A DNA stretch of 64,000 nucleotides from positions 1 through 64,000 of the forward strand of contig JBJHCF010000019.1 in the NCBI GenBank assembly GCA_050506795.1. The letters run 5' to 3'. Below are positions 29,863 to 40,503 of the stretch, one piece after another (the stretch's first letter is position 1; the number at the start of each line of letters is the position of its first letter). Both the position numbers and the translations under genes were made by a program. Below the pieces are notes generated by a model that ran no database searches, was not told the origin of the DNA, and worked only from the letters and a program-made list of their open reading frames with translations. This stretch comes from Opitutia bacterium (GTDB lineage: Bacteria; Verrucomicrobiota; Verrucomicrobiia; Opitutales; T3Sed10-336).

Positions 29863-31110
29863 TCATGATTTCCGGACGTACATTTCCAGTTCGCGAACCG
29901 CGTCGGCCGGTCCGTTTTCCTTGAGGAGGACCCGCCGCAGACTTTTCGCTCGATCCGCCAGGCGGGAATCGGCGAGAGTGTCGGCGACCGCTCGGGCCAG
30001 AAGTCTGGGCCAGCGTTTCCGGGGCAGGCGACGGCCCACACCGAGGCGTTCCATTTCGCGTCCGAAGAAATTCTGGTCGGCGATGTGCGGCACAATCAAC
30101 TGCGGTATGCCGGCGTGCAGGGCGGAAGCGGTGACGCCGGCGCCCCCGTGATGGACCACCACTGACGTGTGCCGGAAAAGCTGGTCGTGAGGCAGATCTC
30201 CTATTACCCGGATATGGGGCGCGTCGGCCACCGGTGGGAACTCGGCCCATCCGCGTTGCACCATCAGTTTTTTGTCCCGCGGCCAGTGGCCGGCGAGAGT
30301 TTGCATCACCTTGCCCGGATTCGAAGCCGACATGCTGCCGAAGGTGAGCACGGGGACCGGTTGTCCGCCGGTGAAGGCGGCCAGTTCCGCCTCCATCGCC
30401 GGATCGGCGGGGCGCTGCCATCGGCAGTAGCCGGTGAACCGGAAGCGTTCGGGGAGGGTCGCGTCGGACCGCATAAGGGCGGGGGAAACCGCGACCAGGA
30501 TCAGGTCGGCCGGATGGGAAAAGAAGTTTCTTGCCTGGGGAATGGGTGGTTCGGCGATGACGGTTTGCAGGATGCGGTTTACCGACGTGTCGATGGTGCG
30601 TTCGGCGACCTTCCAAAGGGCGCGGCAGATGGCGCGACGCCATTGCGGGGGGAGTCGGGATAGACTGGGAAAGCCGTCAGGGGGATAATCGGGGGAGGGA
30701 ATACTGTTATGGGCGAAAGCAAAAGCGGCGGAAGGAACGTCCCGATCCCGCGCCAGTTGGCCGTGGAAAGGAAACAGGTAGGAAAAGACGAGGAGCTCGT
30801 TATGGTCCAACAGAACTCGCAACCGTTTCGCCGTTTCCGCCAGGTGGGGGCAGGAGGCGCGGTAGATTTCGCGGAGTTGTCCCAGGGGGGTACGTTTCTG
30901 CTGGAGGGAGGCCATCCAGGCGGCGGCTTGGGCACCGTTCATGTCCGGCGGGAGCGGGGCGAACCGCAATCCCGCCTCCTCGACAGCGTTGCGGTGCAGG
31001 GAGCCCGTCGCGAAAGTCGTCCGATGCCCGGCAGCGTTCAGCGCCGCCCCGAGGGCGATCAGAGGGAAAACATCGCCGGTGGAGCCTTGGGACGAAAGGA
31101 GGACGTTCAT
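29863..31110 (-). CDS. GT1-family glycosyltransferase
   Basis: GSTGDVFP, TFGSM, PHDQLF, VHHGGAG, PHIADQ. Confidence 0.9.
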   Translation of the reverse strand: MNVLLSSQGSTGDVFPLIALGAALNAAGHRTTFATGSLHRNAVEEAGLRFAPLPPDMNGAQAAAWMASLQQKRTPLGQLREIYRASCPHLAETAKRLRVLLDHNELLVFSYLFPFHGQLARDRDVPSAAFAFAHNSIPSPDYPPDGFPSLSRLPPQWRRAICRALWKVAERTIDTSVNRILQTVIAEPPIPQARNFFSHPADLILVAVSPALMRSDATLPERFRFTGYCRWQRPADPAMEAELAAFTGGQPVPVLTFGSMSASNPGKVMQTLAGHWPRDKKLMVQRGWAEFPPVADAPHIRVIGDLPHDQLFRHTSVVVHHGGAGVTASALHAGIPQLIVPHIADQNFFGREMERLGVGRRLPRKRWPRLLARAVADTLADSRLADRAKSLRRVLLKENGPADAVRELEMYVRKS

Positions 31111-31203
31111 TGAATTGCGAATAGTTCAGGTTACGCTATCCCTTCAGTCCCCGGCAAGCCCCCTTGGGCTTGCCACCGGTTGGAGGTGTGGCATGGTGGG
31201 GAC

Positions 31204-31305
31204 ATGGGTGGAAAAAAGAAAAAAGGGGGCCTCGGCCCGGTAGGAATCTTCGTGGTTATCCTGGTCGTTCTGGCATTGCTGATGAGCCGGGTTTTCCGGG
31301 GTTGA
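31204..31305 (+). CDS. Putative 33-aa single-pass membrane protein
   Basis: MGGKKKKGGLGPVGIFVVILVVLALLMSRVFRG, basic N-terminus plus hydrophobic helix; below ORF-track cutoff. Confidence 0.45.
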   Translation: MGGKKKKGGLGPVGIFVVILVVLALLMSRVFRG

Positions 31306-31394
31306 AATCGCCGTTTCAATCGGGGCTAAAGACTCGACAGCGGATCTGCCTCTCATACGATAGGGGATTGTCTCTTTCCATTAAGGGTATTCCT

Positions 31395-32003
31395 ATGAAA
31401 CAACGCACTTTGGTCTTCGTTTTGTCTTTGCTCATCGCCAGCCTGGTTGCCGTCCCGACCGTCCAGGGCGATTTCTATCTGGGAGGTACGTTTGGGTTCG
31501 GTTTTCCGCGTGACCATAAGGATGACGACGGAAACACCATCGAGTTGGACGACGATCTCGGCGGAACTCTGGCCGTCGGTTACAATTTTGTTCCCATTCG
31601 CATCGAGGGCGAACTGGTGTACCGCACTTCGGACGTCCGCCGGTACGAGGACGATGCCGGAGTCCGATCCGCCACCGGCAACATCCAGAACCTCGGGGTC
31701 ATGGTGAATGCGCTTTACGACCTTCCCCTCGCCCAGCTGTACAGTCCCTACATCGGCGGCGGATTCGGAGCGTCGCGGATATCCGCCGACGGCGTGCGCT
31801 GGGATGGAGAGACGCAATTGGACGACACTCAGACGGTTTTTGCCTACCAGGTCATGGCGGGCGTCCAGTACGAGATCGCCCGCAACGCCTCCATCCGAGC
31901 CGGTTATCGTTTTTTCAGCACCCGTAATCCGACCTGGGACGATGTCCGCTTCGACGGCACCCGGGCCCACATTATCGAGGTGGGCGTGCGCGGCACCTTC
32001 TGA
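31395..32003 (+). CDS. Outer-membrane 8-stranded beta-barrel protein (OmpA/opacity-like)
   Basis: Signal peptide, RIEGEL.Y, VMVNALYD, PYIGGGFG, FAYQVMAG, terminal Phe. Confidence 0.88.
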   Translation: MKQRTLVFVLSLLIASLVAVPTVQGDFYLGGTFGFGFPRDHKDDDGNTIELDDDLGGTLAVGYNFVPIRIEGELVYRTSDVRRYEDDAGVRSATGNIQNLGVMVNALYDLPLAQLYSPYIGGGFGASRISADGVRWDGETQLDDTQTVFAYQVMAGVQYEIARNASIRAGYRFFSTRNPTWDDVRFDGTRAHIIEVGVRGTF

Positions 32004-32048
32004 GCGGCGGTCCGGCGGAACCGCCCCGCTTGCCACCGGGACGTTGGA

Positions 32049-33098
32049 TTAAATCCCCGTGTCCGGTGGCGCGTTTTTCCGGCGAACCGTTTCCACCAGC
32101 GCTTCCACGTTTTCAATCCGGGCGGTCGGGAGGATGCCGTGACCGAGGTTGAAGATGTGTCCGCCGGCATACCCTCGCATCACGTTGAGGATTCGTCCGG
32201 CTTCGCGGCGCACGATGTCGGGAGTGGTGTCGAGCAGTACCGGATCCAGATTACCCTGGAGTGCAACGGCGCCGCCGGTTGCTTCACCCGTTTTCCGGAG
32301 GTCGGCGGTCCAGTCAACGCTGATAACGCGTGCGCCGGTGGCCGCCAGATCCTCGATTCGATGGTGCAGACCCTTGGCGTAAAGGATTACCGGGATGCGG
32401 CCGTCGAGCGCCTCGACGATCCGGCGAATCCATTGCAGGGAAGCTTTTTCGTAAGCGTATCCCGGACAGGCCGACCCCCAGGAATCGAATATCTGAACCG
32501 CATCGGCACCGGCTTCCGCCTGCGCGACCAGGTATTCGCTTACCGCGGCGGTGAGTTTTTCCATGAGGGCTTCGAACAGATCGGGATGCTCGTAAAGCAG
32601 TTGTTTGACCTTGCGATAATGCGTGGAACTGCCTCCCTCGACCATGTAGGTGGCCAATGTCCAGGGGGAGCCGGCGAATCCCAACAGGGCCGTTTGGCCG
32701 TCGAGTTCGCGCCGCAACAACTTGAGCGCCCCGGGCACGTAATCCAGGCGCTCGCGAATGGCGCCGGTTTCGAGACGGTCGATGTCGGCGGCGGTTTCGA
32801 GGGCAAAGTCCATCGCGATGCCGCCTTGGTCGCGAAACCGGTAGGGTTGGCCCATGGCCTCGGGGATCACCAGGATGTCGGAAAAGAGGATGGCGGCGTC
32901 AAATCCGAAACGGTGGATCGGCTGCAGGGTCACTTCCGTGGCAAGCTCCGGAGTCTGTACCATCTTGAGAAACCCGTGCTGCTGTTTCAGCGCCCGGTAT
33001 TCCGGCAGGTAGCGTCCGGCCTGACGCATCATCCACAGGGGAGGCCGGTCGAGTGTTTCGCCGCGGCAGGCGGCAAGGAATCGTTCGCGGGAGTTCAT
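32049..33098 (-). CDS. hemE: Uroporphyrinogen decarboxylase
   Basis: [31 protein letters not shown] overlap with hemF. Confidence 0.96.
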   Translation of the reverse strand: MNSRERFLAACRGETLDRPPLWMMRQAGRYLPEYRALKQQHGFLKMVQTPELATEVTLQPIHRFGFDAAILFSDILVIPEAMGQPYRFRDQGGIAMDFALETAADIDRLETGAIRERLDYVPGALKLLRRELDGQTALLGFAGSPWTLATYMVEGGSSTHYRKVKQLLYEHPDLFEALMEKLTAAVSEYLVAQAEAGADAVQIFDSWGSACPGYAYEKASLQWIRRIVEALDGRIPVILYAKGLHHRIEDLAATGARVISVDWTADLRKTGEATGGAVALQGNLDPVLLDTTPDIVRREAGRILNVMRGYAGGHIFNLGHGILPTARIENVEALVETVRRKNAPPDTGI

Positions 33099-34024
33099 TT
33101 CAGCCAATCACGGGGACGAAGGAATTCGGTCACGAGTTTCTCCTCCGGCGAACCGGGTTCGGGGTTCCAGTCGTAGACCCACTTGGCCATGGGTGGCAGG
33201 GACATCAGAATGCTTTCGATCCGGCCGCCGGATTGCAGCCCGAACAGCGTGCCTCGATCGTAGACGAGATTGAACTCCACGTAACGGCCGCGCCGGTAAA
33301 GCTGGAAATCCCGTTCGCGGCCGCCGAACGGCTCCTGCTTCCGCTTTTGCAGAATCGGCAGGTAGGCCGCCAGGAAATGATCGCCGACGCTGCGGGCGAA
33401 GGCGAACGACTGTTCGAAGCCCGCTTCGTTGACATCATCGAAGAAAAGTCCGCCGATCCCGCGGCTTTCGTTGCGGTGTTTAATGTGGAAATACTCGTCG
33501 CACGCCCTTTTGTAGCGCGGATAAAGCGCCTCGCCGAACGGCCGGCAGGCGGCTTCCGCGGTTCGGTGCCAATGGACGGCGTCCTCTTCGAAACCGTAGT
33601 ACGGAGTCAGGTCGAAGCCGCCGCCGAACCACCAGGCATCCGGGGATCCCTCGCGCTGCGCGACAAAGAACCGAATGTTGGCGTGAGCGGTGGGGACCAT
33701 CGGGCTTTTGGGGTGAATCACCAGGGAGATCCCCATGGCGCGAAACCTCCGGTCCGCCAGTTCCGGACGGGTGGCCGTGGCGGAGGGTGGCAGTCGGTCG
33801 CCCTGCACATGAGAGAAATTGACCCCCGCTTTCTCCAGGTGGCGGCCCCGGTCGAGTACGCGGGTCCGTCCGCCGCCGCCGCCTTCGCGCTCCCACAGGT
33901 CCTCACGGAATTTCTCCCAGCCGTCTTCCTGTTCCAGCGCCTTACAGATGCTGTCCTGCAAAGACTTCAGGTATTCTTCCACCGCATCGATGTCCGGTGT
34001 GTCTTGTTGGCTGGCGTCGCTCAT
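33095..34024 (-). CDS. hemF: Oxygen-dependent coproporphyrinogen III oxidase
   Basis: [35 protein letters not shown]. Confidence 0.97.
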   Translation of the reverse strand: MSDASQQDTPDIDAVEEYLKSLQDSICKALEQEDGWEKFREDLWEREGGGGGRTRVLDRGRHLEKAGVNFSHVQGDRLPPSATATRPELADRRFRAMGISLVIHPKSPMVPTAHANIRFFVAQREGSPDAWWFGGGFDLTPYYGFEEDAVHWHRTAEAACRPFGEALYPRYKRACDEYFHIKHRNESRGIGGLFFDDVNEAGFEQSFAFARSVGDHFLAAYLPILQKRKQEPFGGRERDFQLYRRGRYVEFNLVYDRGTLFGLQSGGRIESILMSLPPMAKWVYDWNPEPGSPEEKLVTEFLRPRDWLK

Positions 34025-34162
34025 GGAGAAAAAGAAGCAGCGTGAGCAAGGGGGGACGTCGTTTCAATGTAAAACAGGTTGCCGTATCTCAAACGCGACC
34101 GTTACCCTGTGTCGCTTTGAACATTGCATGAGTGTTTCGACGTTGGAAAGGGAGGTGTGCCG

Positions 34163-35317
34163 GTGAGCGGGGCGGAGGACTTTACCGCTTGTCCGCCCCG
34201 GTGCCGGGCGGACGTGGATCTCAATGCCTTCGAGAGCAACGTCCGGTTGCTGCGCGCGGCTTTGCCGCCGGGATGCCGCTACATATCGGTGGTGAAGGCC
34301 GATGCCTACGGGCACGGGTTGAGCCGGGTGGTCGAACGCCTGGCACGCGGACCGCTGGTCGACCTTTACGCGGTGGCCAGTCTGGAGGAGGCGGCGACCG
34401 TGCGTCGCCATGACCGCCAGAGTCCGGTGCTGATGCTGAGTCCGGTGTTTCCCGGAGATGAAGAGTGTTTGCTGGAGCTCGACGTGACACCCACCGTGTC
34501 GTCTCCCGGCGAGATCGATCGTATCTCCCGGGTGGCGACACGGGCGAAAAAGAAGCATCCGGTGCATCTTAAAGTGGATACCGGCATGGGTCGCCTGGGG
34601 GTCTGGCACGAGGAGGCGATTCCGCTTTATGAGCAGTTGATGTCGGCGGACGGCCTCTTTCTGGCCGGAGTTTACACCCATCTGGCCAGCGCCGACTGCG
34701 ACCTGGATTTCACCGCGCTGCAGCGCAAGCGATTCCGCGCGGCCTTGGATCGGATGCCGGATTTGCGGCGCGAGGAATTATTGGTCCACGTCGACAACAG
34801 CGCCGGGTTCGACAGTTTCGAGGACGGACACGGCTTCAATGCCGTTCGTATCGGGATCGCCCAATACGGCGTTTTACCGGCCGCGGAGGCCGCCGGGCGT
34901 TTGCGGAATCTTCCTCTGACCCCGGTCTGCAGCCTGCACTCGCGGGTCAGTCTGGTGAAATCCCTGCCGGCCGGAACGGATATCAGTTACGGCCGCACCT
35001 GCCGGCTGGAGCGGCGGACCCAAGTGGCGGTGGTGGCGGCGGGATACGGTGACGGCGTGCATCTCGCCTGCAGCAACCGTGGTGCGATCCTGATCCGGGG
35101 CGTGCGTTGTCCCATTTTGGGCCGCGTGACGATGGATGAGATCATGGTCGACGCCTCCCGGGTCCCCGATCTGGCTCCCGGCGAACCGGCAACGCTGTTT
35201 GGTCGCCGAGAGGGGTCGGAGATCTCGTTGCGCGAGTACAGCGAATGGTGCGGCACCATTCCCTGGGAGGCCCTGTGCTCCATCACCCAACGGGTGTCCC
35301 GAGTCTACACCGGCTGA
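34163..35317 (+). CDS. alr: Alanine racemase
   Basis: VVKADAYGHG, KVDTGMGRLG, GYGDG, GRVTMD; start approximate. Confidence 0.94.
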   Translation: MSGAEDFTACPPRCRADVDLNAFESNVRLLRAALPPGCRYISVVKADAYGHGLSRVVERLARGPLVDLYAVASLEEAATVRRHDRQSPVLMLSPVFPGDEECLLELDVTPTVSSPGEIDRISRVATRAKKKHPVHLKVDTGMGRLGVWHEEAIPLYEQLMSADGLFLAGVYTHLASADCDLDFTALQRKRFRAALDRMPDLRREELLVHVDNSAGFDSFEDGHGFNAVRIGIAQYGVLPAAEAAGRLRNLPLTPVCSLHSRVSLVKSLPAGTDISYGRTCRLERRTQVAVVAAGYGDGVHLACSNRGAILIRGVRCPILGRVTMDEIMVDASRVPDLAPGEPATLFGRREGSEISLREYSEWCGTIPWEALCSITQRVSRVYTG

Positions 35318-35342
35318 GTCGCCGACAGGTACGCGGGTTCCG

Positions 35343-35786
35343 TTACCCCTTTTTGTAAACCGCTTTGGGATCGAAGACCCGTTCGTCGGTGAACTCCAGA
35401 CGAAGGTTCTCCGGGTCGGCGACCCGCCGGTAGAAACAGGACCGGAAACCCTGGTGGCAGCAACCGGTGCCGGTGACTTCCACCTCGATCATGACCACGT
35501 CCTGATCGCAATCCACGCGGACGTCCTTGACCTTTTGCACCAACCCGGATTCCTCGCCTTTGATCCACAGCTTGTTCCGGCTGCGGCTGTAGTAAGTCGC
35601 TTTCCCTGTGGTCAGAGTGAGTCTCAGGGCCTCCGCGTTCATATACGCGAACATGAGAACGTCCTTGCTGGCGGCATCCACCGTGATGCAGGGAATCAAG
35701 CCGTGCTCATCGAATTTCGGTCGCATGAGGTCGCCCTCTTCGATGGCCTTTTTATCCGTTCTTTCCGGAAAAGCGTGTGCGTTCAT
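35343..35786 (-). CDS. hisI: Phosphoribosyl-AMP cyclohydrolase
   Basis: YYSRSRNKLWIKGEESG, DCDQD, CHQGFRSCFYR. Confidence 0.95.
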   Translation of the reverse strand: MNAHAFPERTDKKAIEEGDLMRPKFDEHGLIPCITVDAASKDVLMFAYMNAEALRLTLTTGKATYYSRSRNKLWIKGEESGLVQKVKDVRVDCDQDVVMIEVEVTGTGCCHQGFRSCFYRRVADPENLRLEFTDERVFDPKAVYKKG

Positions 35787-35847
35787 TTCTCCGTTTTCAC
35801 CGCGATTGCCGTTCGGGTCAAGGCAAGGGGCGGGTCGGCCTGGGTGT

Positions 35848-37368
35848 TTACGTTCCCAGCCGCAGGATTTCCTCTCTGTCGCTGTAGGGGAGGCGGGATT
35901 CTCCGACCAACTGGTACGTTTCATGTCCCTTGCCGGCGACGACCAGCACATCGCCCGGCCCGGTTTCGGCGTAGGCTTCCCGGATGGCGGTGGCCCGGTC
36001 GGTGAGGGTGCGAACGCGGGCGCCGGGAAGGCAGCCTTGCAGCACCTCGGCGACGATGGCCGCCGGGTCCTCGGTGCGGGGATTGTCGGAGGTGATCCAG
36101 CAGGTGTCGGCCCGTTCGGAGGCGATTCGCCCCATCAGGGGCCGTTTTCCTTTGTCCCGGTCTCCTCCGCAGCCAAAAACCACAACCATCCTCCCGGGCA
36201 GCAGGGCGCGGCAGTTTTCCAGGAGATGCCGCAGCCCATCGGGATTGTGGGCGAAATCGATGATGGCCACGGCGCCGTTGGGCAGGGGATAACTTTCCAT
36301 CCTGCCGGGGGCGGGGGCGAAATCCGCCACCGCGGCCGCGGCATGTTCCGGATCGGCGCCCAATTCCACCGCGGCGGCCAGGGCGGCGAGAATATTGTAG
36401 GTCTGAAATCGGCCCACCAGGCGACTCTCCACCGGGTAGCGCTTTCCTTGGCGGGCGGCCAGGAAGCGAGAGCCGTCCGGACCGCAGGAAACGTCCGCGG
36501 CAGTCCAGTCGGCGGTCGGATCAAGCCCGTAGGTCACCACCCGCGCTCGAAGGCCTTCGTGGAAAGAACTGAAGCGTTCGGTATCGCGGTTGATCGCGGC
36601 AAAGGCTTCCGGTTCGAGCGCCGTGAACAGCCGTCGCTTGGCGGCGGCGTAGGCGTCGAGACTACCGTGGAAATCAAGGTGGTCGCGCGAGAAGTTGGTC
36701 AGGATTGCTCCGGAGAAGCGAATTCCTTCCGTCCGGTCGAGCGCCAGGCCGTGAGACGAGACCTCCATGACGGAGTAGGGAACACCCAGGTCGCGCAGGC
36801 GGTCCAGCCGGTCGTAGGTCACCGGCGCCAGCGGCGTGGTGTATTCACCCGGGTCCAGAGTCCTCCCTCCCAGCTCGACGCCGAGGGTGCCCATACTGGC
36901 ACAGGCGCCGCGGGTTTTCCTCAGAATATGGGCCAGCAAACGGGTGGTGGTGGTTTTACCGTTGGTCCCGGTGACGCCCACCGTGGCCACCGAGTCGTCC
37001 GGATCATTGTAGAACGTGCGGGCCGCCCGGGCCAGCGCCTCGCGGGGGCGAGGGACGATAAGCTGGGGACCGTTCCAGTCCGGGATCGGCTGGTCGGTGA
37101 TGACCGCCAACGCGCCATTTGTTGCCGCCGTGCTGACAAATTCGCGGCCCCGGCGCCACAGGTTATAGACCAGGTACTCGTCGACACACACGTACAGATC
37201 ACCGGGTTTCACCCGGTCGGGCCGGCACTCCACGCCGGTGACCATGGTATCGCGAAATCCAGGGCTGTCATCCGGGGCCAATCCCAGGGCGACCGCAATG
37301 TCGCTCAGCGATTTACGTATCGTCTTTCGCTCTCTCCATTGCTTGAAATCCTCCGCCAAACCGTTCAT
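35848..37368 (-). CDS. murE: MurE-like Mur ligase (DAP-type DNPR motif)
   Basis: GVTGTNGKTT, MEVSSHG, RDHLDFH, DFAHNPD, GCGGDRD..KR, DNPR, AGKGHE; start approximate. Confidence 0.88.
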   Translation of the reverse strand: MNGLAEDFKQWRERKTIRKSLSDIAVALGLAPDDSPGFRDTMVTGVECRPDRVKPGDLYVCVDEYLVYNLWRRGREFVSTAATNGALAVITDQPIPDWNGPQLIVPRPREALARAARTFYNDPDDSVATVGVTGTNGKTTTTRLLAHILRKTRGACASMGTLGVELGGRTLDPGEYTTPLAPVTYDRLDRLRDLGVPYSVMEVSSHGLALDRTEGIRFSGAILTNFSRDHLDFHGSLDAYAAAKRRLFTALEPEAFAAINRDTERFSSFHEGLRARVVTYGLDPTADWTAADVSCGPDGSRFLAARQGKRYPVESRLVGRFQTYNILAALAAAVELGADPEHAAAAVADFAPAPGRMESYPLPNGAVAIIDFAHNPDGLRHLLENCRALLPGRMVVVFGCGGDRDKGKRPLMGRIASERADTCWITSDNPRTEDPAAIVAEVLQGCLPGARVRTLTDRATAIREAYAETGPGDVLVVAGKGHETYQLVGESRLPYSDREEILRLGT

Positions 37369-37437
37369 GCTCCTCTTTTTTCCATGACTCGCCAGACTAC
37401 TCGTCATCCTGCTGCGCCAACCCTGTAAATCCTCCGT

Positions 37438-39408
37438 TTGCCGAAATCCTTTTTCAACGTTTTTCGATTTAAACAGCCACCGACTTTCCGTCTGACCGGC
37501 TCCCACCTGGCGGATCTTTACCGTCAGGCCGCCGAAACCTTCGGCGAAATGCCTGCATTCGCCACCCGCAAAAAGGCCCGCCAATGGGAACCGGTCAGTT
37601 TTCGCGAGCTTTATGATCGCGGGGTTTTCCTGGCCACGGCACTCATCGACATCGGCGTGGCGGCGCGCAGTCACGTGGGTTTGTTGGGCGACAACCGTCT
37701 GGAATGGATTCTGGCGGACTACGGGGTGCAGTTGTGCGGCGCCGCCGATGTGCCGCGAGGCGCGGACGTGACCGATCGCGAGATCGAGTACATTTTCGAC
37801 CATGCCCGGGTGCGGGTGGCGTTTGTGGAAACCCCCTCCCTGCGCGATCGATTGCTGGCGTTGCGGGACAAGCTGCCCGCGGGCAGGGAGATGGAGATCA
37901 TTGTGCTCGACCCAAGCGCGGGACCGGTCGAAGGCTCCCGGCGTCTGGCCGACCTTGTAGAGCACGGACGCGGATTGCGGGAACGTGGAGACCGGCGGGT
38001 GGAGGAGCGGGTGAAGGATCTTCGGCCGGATGACCTTTTCACGCTAATCTACACTTCGGGAACGACTGGAGAGCCGAAGGGGGTGATGCTGACGCACGCC
38101 AACATGATCTCCCAGTTGGACCGGATACCGCTGGAGGTTTCCTGTACCGACCGGATCGTATCGGTCCTGCCGGTATGGCATATTTTCGAGCGGGTGTTCG
38201 AAATGCTGGCCATCAGCCGGGGCTGTTGCACCTATTATTCCGGCGTGCGCAGCCTGGCCGAGGATATGAAGGACGTAGAACCCACGTTTATGGGTTCGGC
38301 GCCGAGGCTCTGGGAAAGCGTGCACCAGCGGATTCTCAAGGGAGTCAAGCAGTCTCATCCCGTACGGCGGGCGCTTTTCCACACCGCGTATTTTTTCAGC
38401 CATTACTACAAGGAATCGGTATTTTTCTTCTGTGGATGCGCCTTGGATTTGAAAAATCGGTCCAAGGCGAAAACGGCGGCGCTCGCGGTTTTTCACGCGG
38501 TACGTTGGTTTATTTTGCTGCCCTGGTACGGTTTTTTTAACGCCGCTGTCCTGGAAAAGCTGCGTTTGGTGGTTGGAGGAGCTTTCAAGGGATCGGTGTC
38601 GGGCGGGGGCGCGTTGTCCAGGGAAGTGGATCAGTTTTTCAATTACATTGGGATACCTGTGCTGGAGGGATACGGCCTCACCGAGTCGTCGCCGGTTATC
38701 GCCGTGCGGACACCCGAAAAGCTGGTGATTGGAACCGTGGGTCCGGTTATTCCGGATACGGAGCTTCGTATCCTCTGTCTCGATACTGGACGCGTCCTTT
38801 ATCCGGATCCCAAGCGGGAGGACGGCGGCCGCGGATTGCGCGGCGAGGTGGTGGTGCGCGGGCCGCAGGTGATGAAAGGGTATTACCGCAATCCGGAGGC
38901 CACGGAAGCGTCTTTGCGCGATGGATGGCTGCATACCGGCGATATCGGACTGGTCACCTTTAACGACTGCCTGCGAATTGTCGGCCGCTGCAAGGAAACC
39001 GTTGTGCTCTCCAGCGGGGAGAACCTGGAGCCGGCCCCGATCGAAATGCGGCTTCTGCAGTCGCCGCTGGTCGATCAGTGCGTGGTGGTGGGGCAGGATC
39101 GAAAAGCCCCCGCGGCGCTGATCGTGCCGTCGTTGGAAGGATTCGCGGAAAACGGAATCAAGGCGGAGAACCGTGTGGAACTCGCGCGCGATCCGGACGC
39201 CCGTTCGCTCATGCGTTCGGCGATTCGGGTGCAGATCTCCGAACGCGAGGGGTTCAAGGCGTTCGAGCGCATCAATATTTTCTTCCTGTTGGAAGAGCCG
39301 TTCAGCACGGACGAGGAGTTGACCAGCCTGTTCAAGCTCAAGCGTCACGTGGTTGCGGAGAAGTACCGGGACGTGATTAACGCCATGTATGAACGCAGCG
39401 AGCGTTGA
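37438..39408 (+). CDS. Long-chain fatty acid-CoA ligase (AMP-dependent)
   Basis: IYTSGTTGEPKGV, EGYGLTE, GWLHTGDIG, GENLEP. Confidence 0.9.
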   Translation: MPKSFFNVFRFKQPPTFRLTGSHLADLYRQAAETFGEMPAFATRKKARQWEPVSFRELYDRGVFLATALIDIGVAARSHVGLLGDNRLEWILADYGVQLCGAADVPRGADVTDREIEYIFDHARVRVAFVETPSLRDRLLALRDKLPAGREMEIIVLDPSAGPVEGSRRLADLVEHGRGLRERGDRRVEERVKDLRPDDLFTLIYTSGTTGEPKGVMLTHANMISQLDRIPLEVSCTDRIVSVLPVWHIFERVFEMLAISRGCCTYYSGVRSLAEDMKDVEPTFMGSAPRLWESVHQRILKGVKQSHPVRRALFHTAYFFSHYYKESVFFFCGCALDLKNRSKAKTAALAVFHAVRWFILLPWYGFFNAAVLEKLRLVVGGAFKGSVSGGGALSREVDQFFNYIGIPVLEGYGLTESSPVIAVRTPEKLVIGTVGPVIPDTELRILCLDTGRVLYPDPKREDGGRGLRGEVVVRGPQVMKGYYRNPEATEASLRDGWLHTGDIGLVTFNDCLRIVGRCKETVVLSSGENLEPAPIEMRLLQSPLVDQCVVVGQDRKAPAALIVPSLEGFAENGIKAENRVELARDPDARSLMRSAIRVQISEREGFKAFERINIFFLLEEPFSTDEELTSLFKLKRHVVAEKYRDVINAMYERSER

Positions 39409-39414
39409 AAACCG

Positions 39415-40434
39415 ATGGAAATCGATCAGCAACTTTTGAATCCGATTGAGCAGGGCCTGCTCGCCATCATGATTCTGATTATTATGTTCGGTATGGGCGC
39501 CACCCTGACACCGGGTGATTTTCGCAACGCCCTGGATCGTCCGAAGGGTCTGCTGATCGGATTTCTGTCACAGTTCGGCTTGATGCCCCTGATCGCCTTC
39601 AGTTTGGCCGTCGTGTTGCAACTGCCGCCGGCCCACGCCATTGCTTTGATTCTCATCGGTTGTCTTCCGGGAGGAACCACCTCCAACATGTTCGCCTATT
39701 TCGCGCGCGGTTCGGTGGCGTTGAGCATATCGATGACGGCGGCCTCGACGCTGCTCGCCCTCATTATGATGCCGATTCTGCTCGATCTTTACGCTTCCGG
39801 TTTCGGCGAACAGATCGACGCGGAGTTGCGGGCGGCGGGCGACGAAACCGGTTTTGTGATGCCGTATTTCAACATCATCCTATCCCTGTTGCTGGTGCTG
39901 GTGCCGGTGGCGGCGGGAATGGTTCTGCTGCGGATTTCTCCCGGTTGGGCCAAAACAGCCGAAGACACCGCCGGATTCATGGCGATCGTGGTGATCCTTT
40001 TTCTGCTCTGTTCGGTGATCATTCGTCACGCGAACCTGTTTCTGGATACCTCCTGGAGAATTTACGCCGGCGCGGTTTGTGTCGGGTTGATCGGCTTCCT
40101 CTTCGGTTACCTGATGGCCGGTCTGGCGCGGTTGGCTCCGCGGTTCAAACGGGCGGTCTCGCTCGAGACCGGAATACAAAACGGGCCCATCGCCTTCGCC
40201 ATCATCCTGCTCAGTTTTCGCGAACCGCTGCAGAGTCAGATGCTCTGGGTGGCCATTCTCTATTCCACCTTCATTGTGATCACTTCTTCCTTCGTCACGC
40301 TCTATTTCCGCCGCATCGGACGGGCCGACTGGGAGGTTTATCGCAATGACGTGGTGCATCGCCGGCTTTTCGGAAAAGACTACTCCGTCACCTATCCCGA
40401 AGCCGCCGTGGGCCGGATTGGGCGGCGCGAGTAA
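39415..40434 (+). CDS. Bile acid:sodium symporter (BASS) family transporter
   Basis: MFGMG.TL, QFGLMP, PGGTTSN, ETGIQN. Confidence 0.9.
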   Translation: MEIDQQLLNPIEQGLLAIMILIIMFGMGATLTPGDFRNALDRPKGLLIGFLSQFGLMPLIAFSLAVVLQLPPAHAIALILIGCLPGGTTSNMFAYFARGSVALSISMTAASTLLALIMMPILLDLYASGFGEQIDAELRAAGDETGFVMPYFNIILSLLLVLVPVAAGMVLLRISPGWAKTAEDTAGFMAIVVILFLLCSVIIRHANLFLDTSWRIYAGAVCVGLIGFLFGYLMAGLARLAPRFKRAVSLETGIQNGPIAFAIILLSFREPLQSQMLWVAILYSTFIVITSSFVTLYFRRIGRADWEVYRNDVVHRRLFGKDYSVTYPEAAVGRIGRRE

Positions 40435-40503
40435 TGCCCCTTTCCAGGGTCCAGGATCAGCAGGACATTGCCCCGAACCTCGTTTTTTGCTCTCTTGGTT
40501 TTT

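Noticed and set aside
29781..30095. Apparent N-terminal extension of the dehydratase, and similar extensions at 26660-27064 and 31164-31394
   Set aside because: Overlap neighbouring genes in other frames; real starts are downstream
35608..37428. 606-aa plus-strand ORF, and similar long ORFs such as 42354-44000, 22321-23592, 12846-14075, 38044-39432
   Set aside because: Antisense shadows of well-supported genes in high-GC DNA; no recognisable motifs
37369..37965. Apparent 200-aa N-terminal extension of MurE
   Set aside because: Overlaps the opposite-strand acyl-CoA ligase; artefact of an upstream start call
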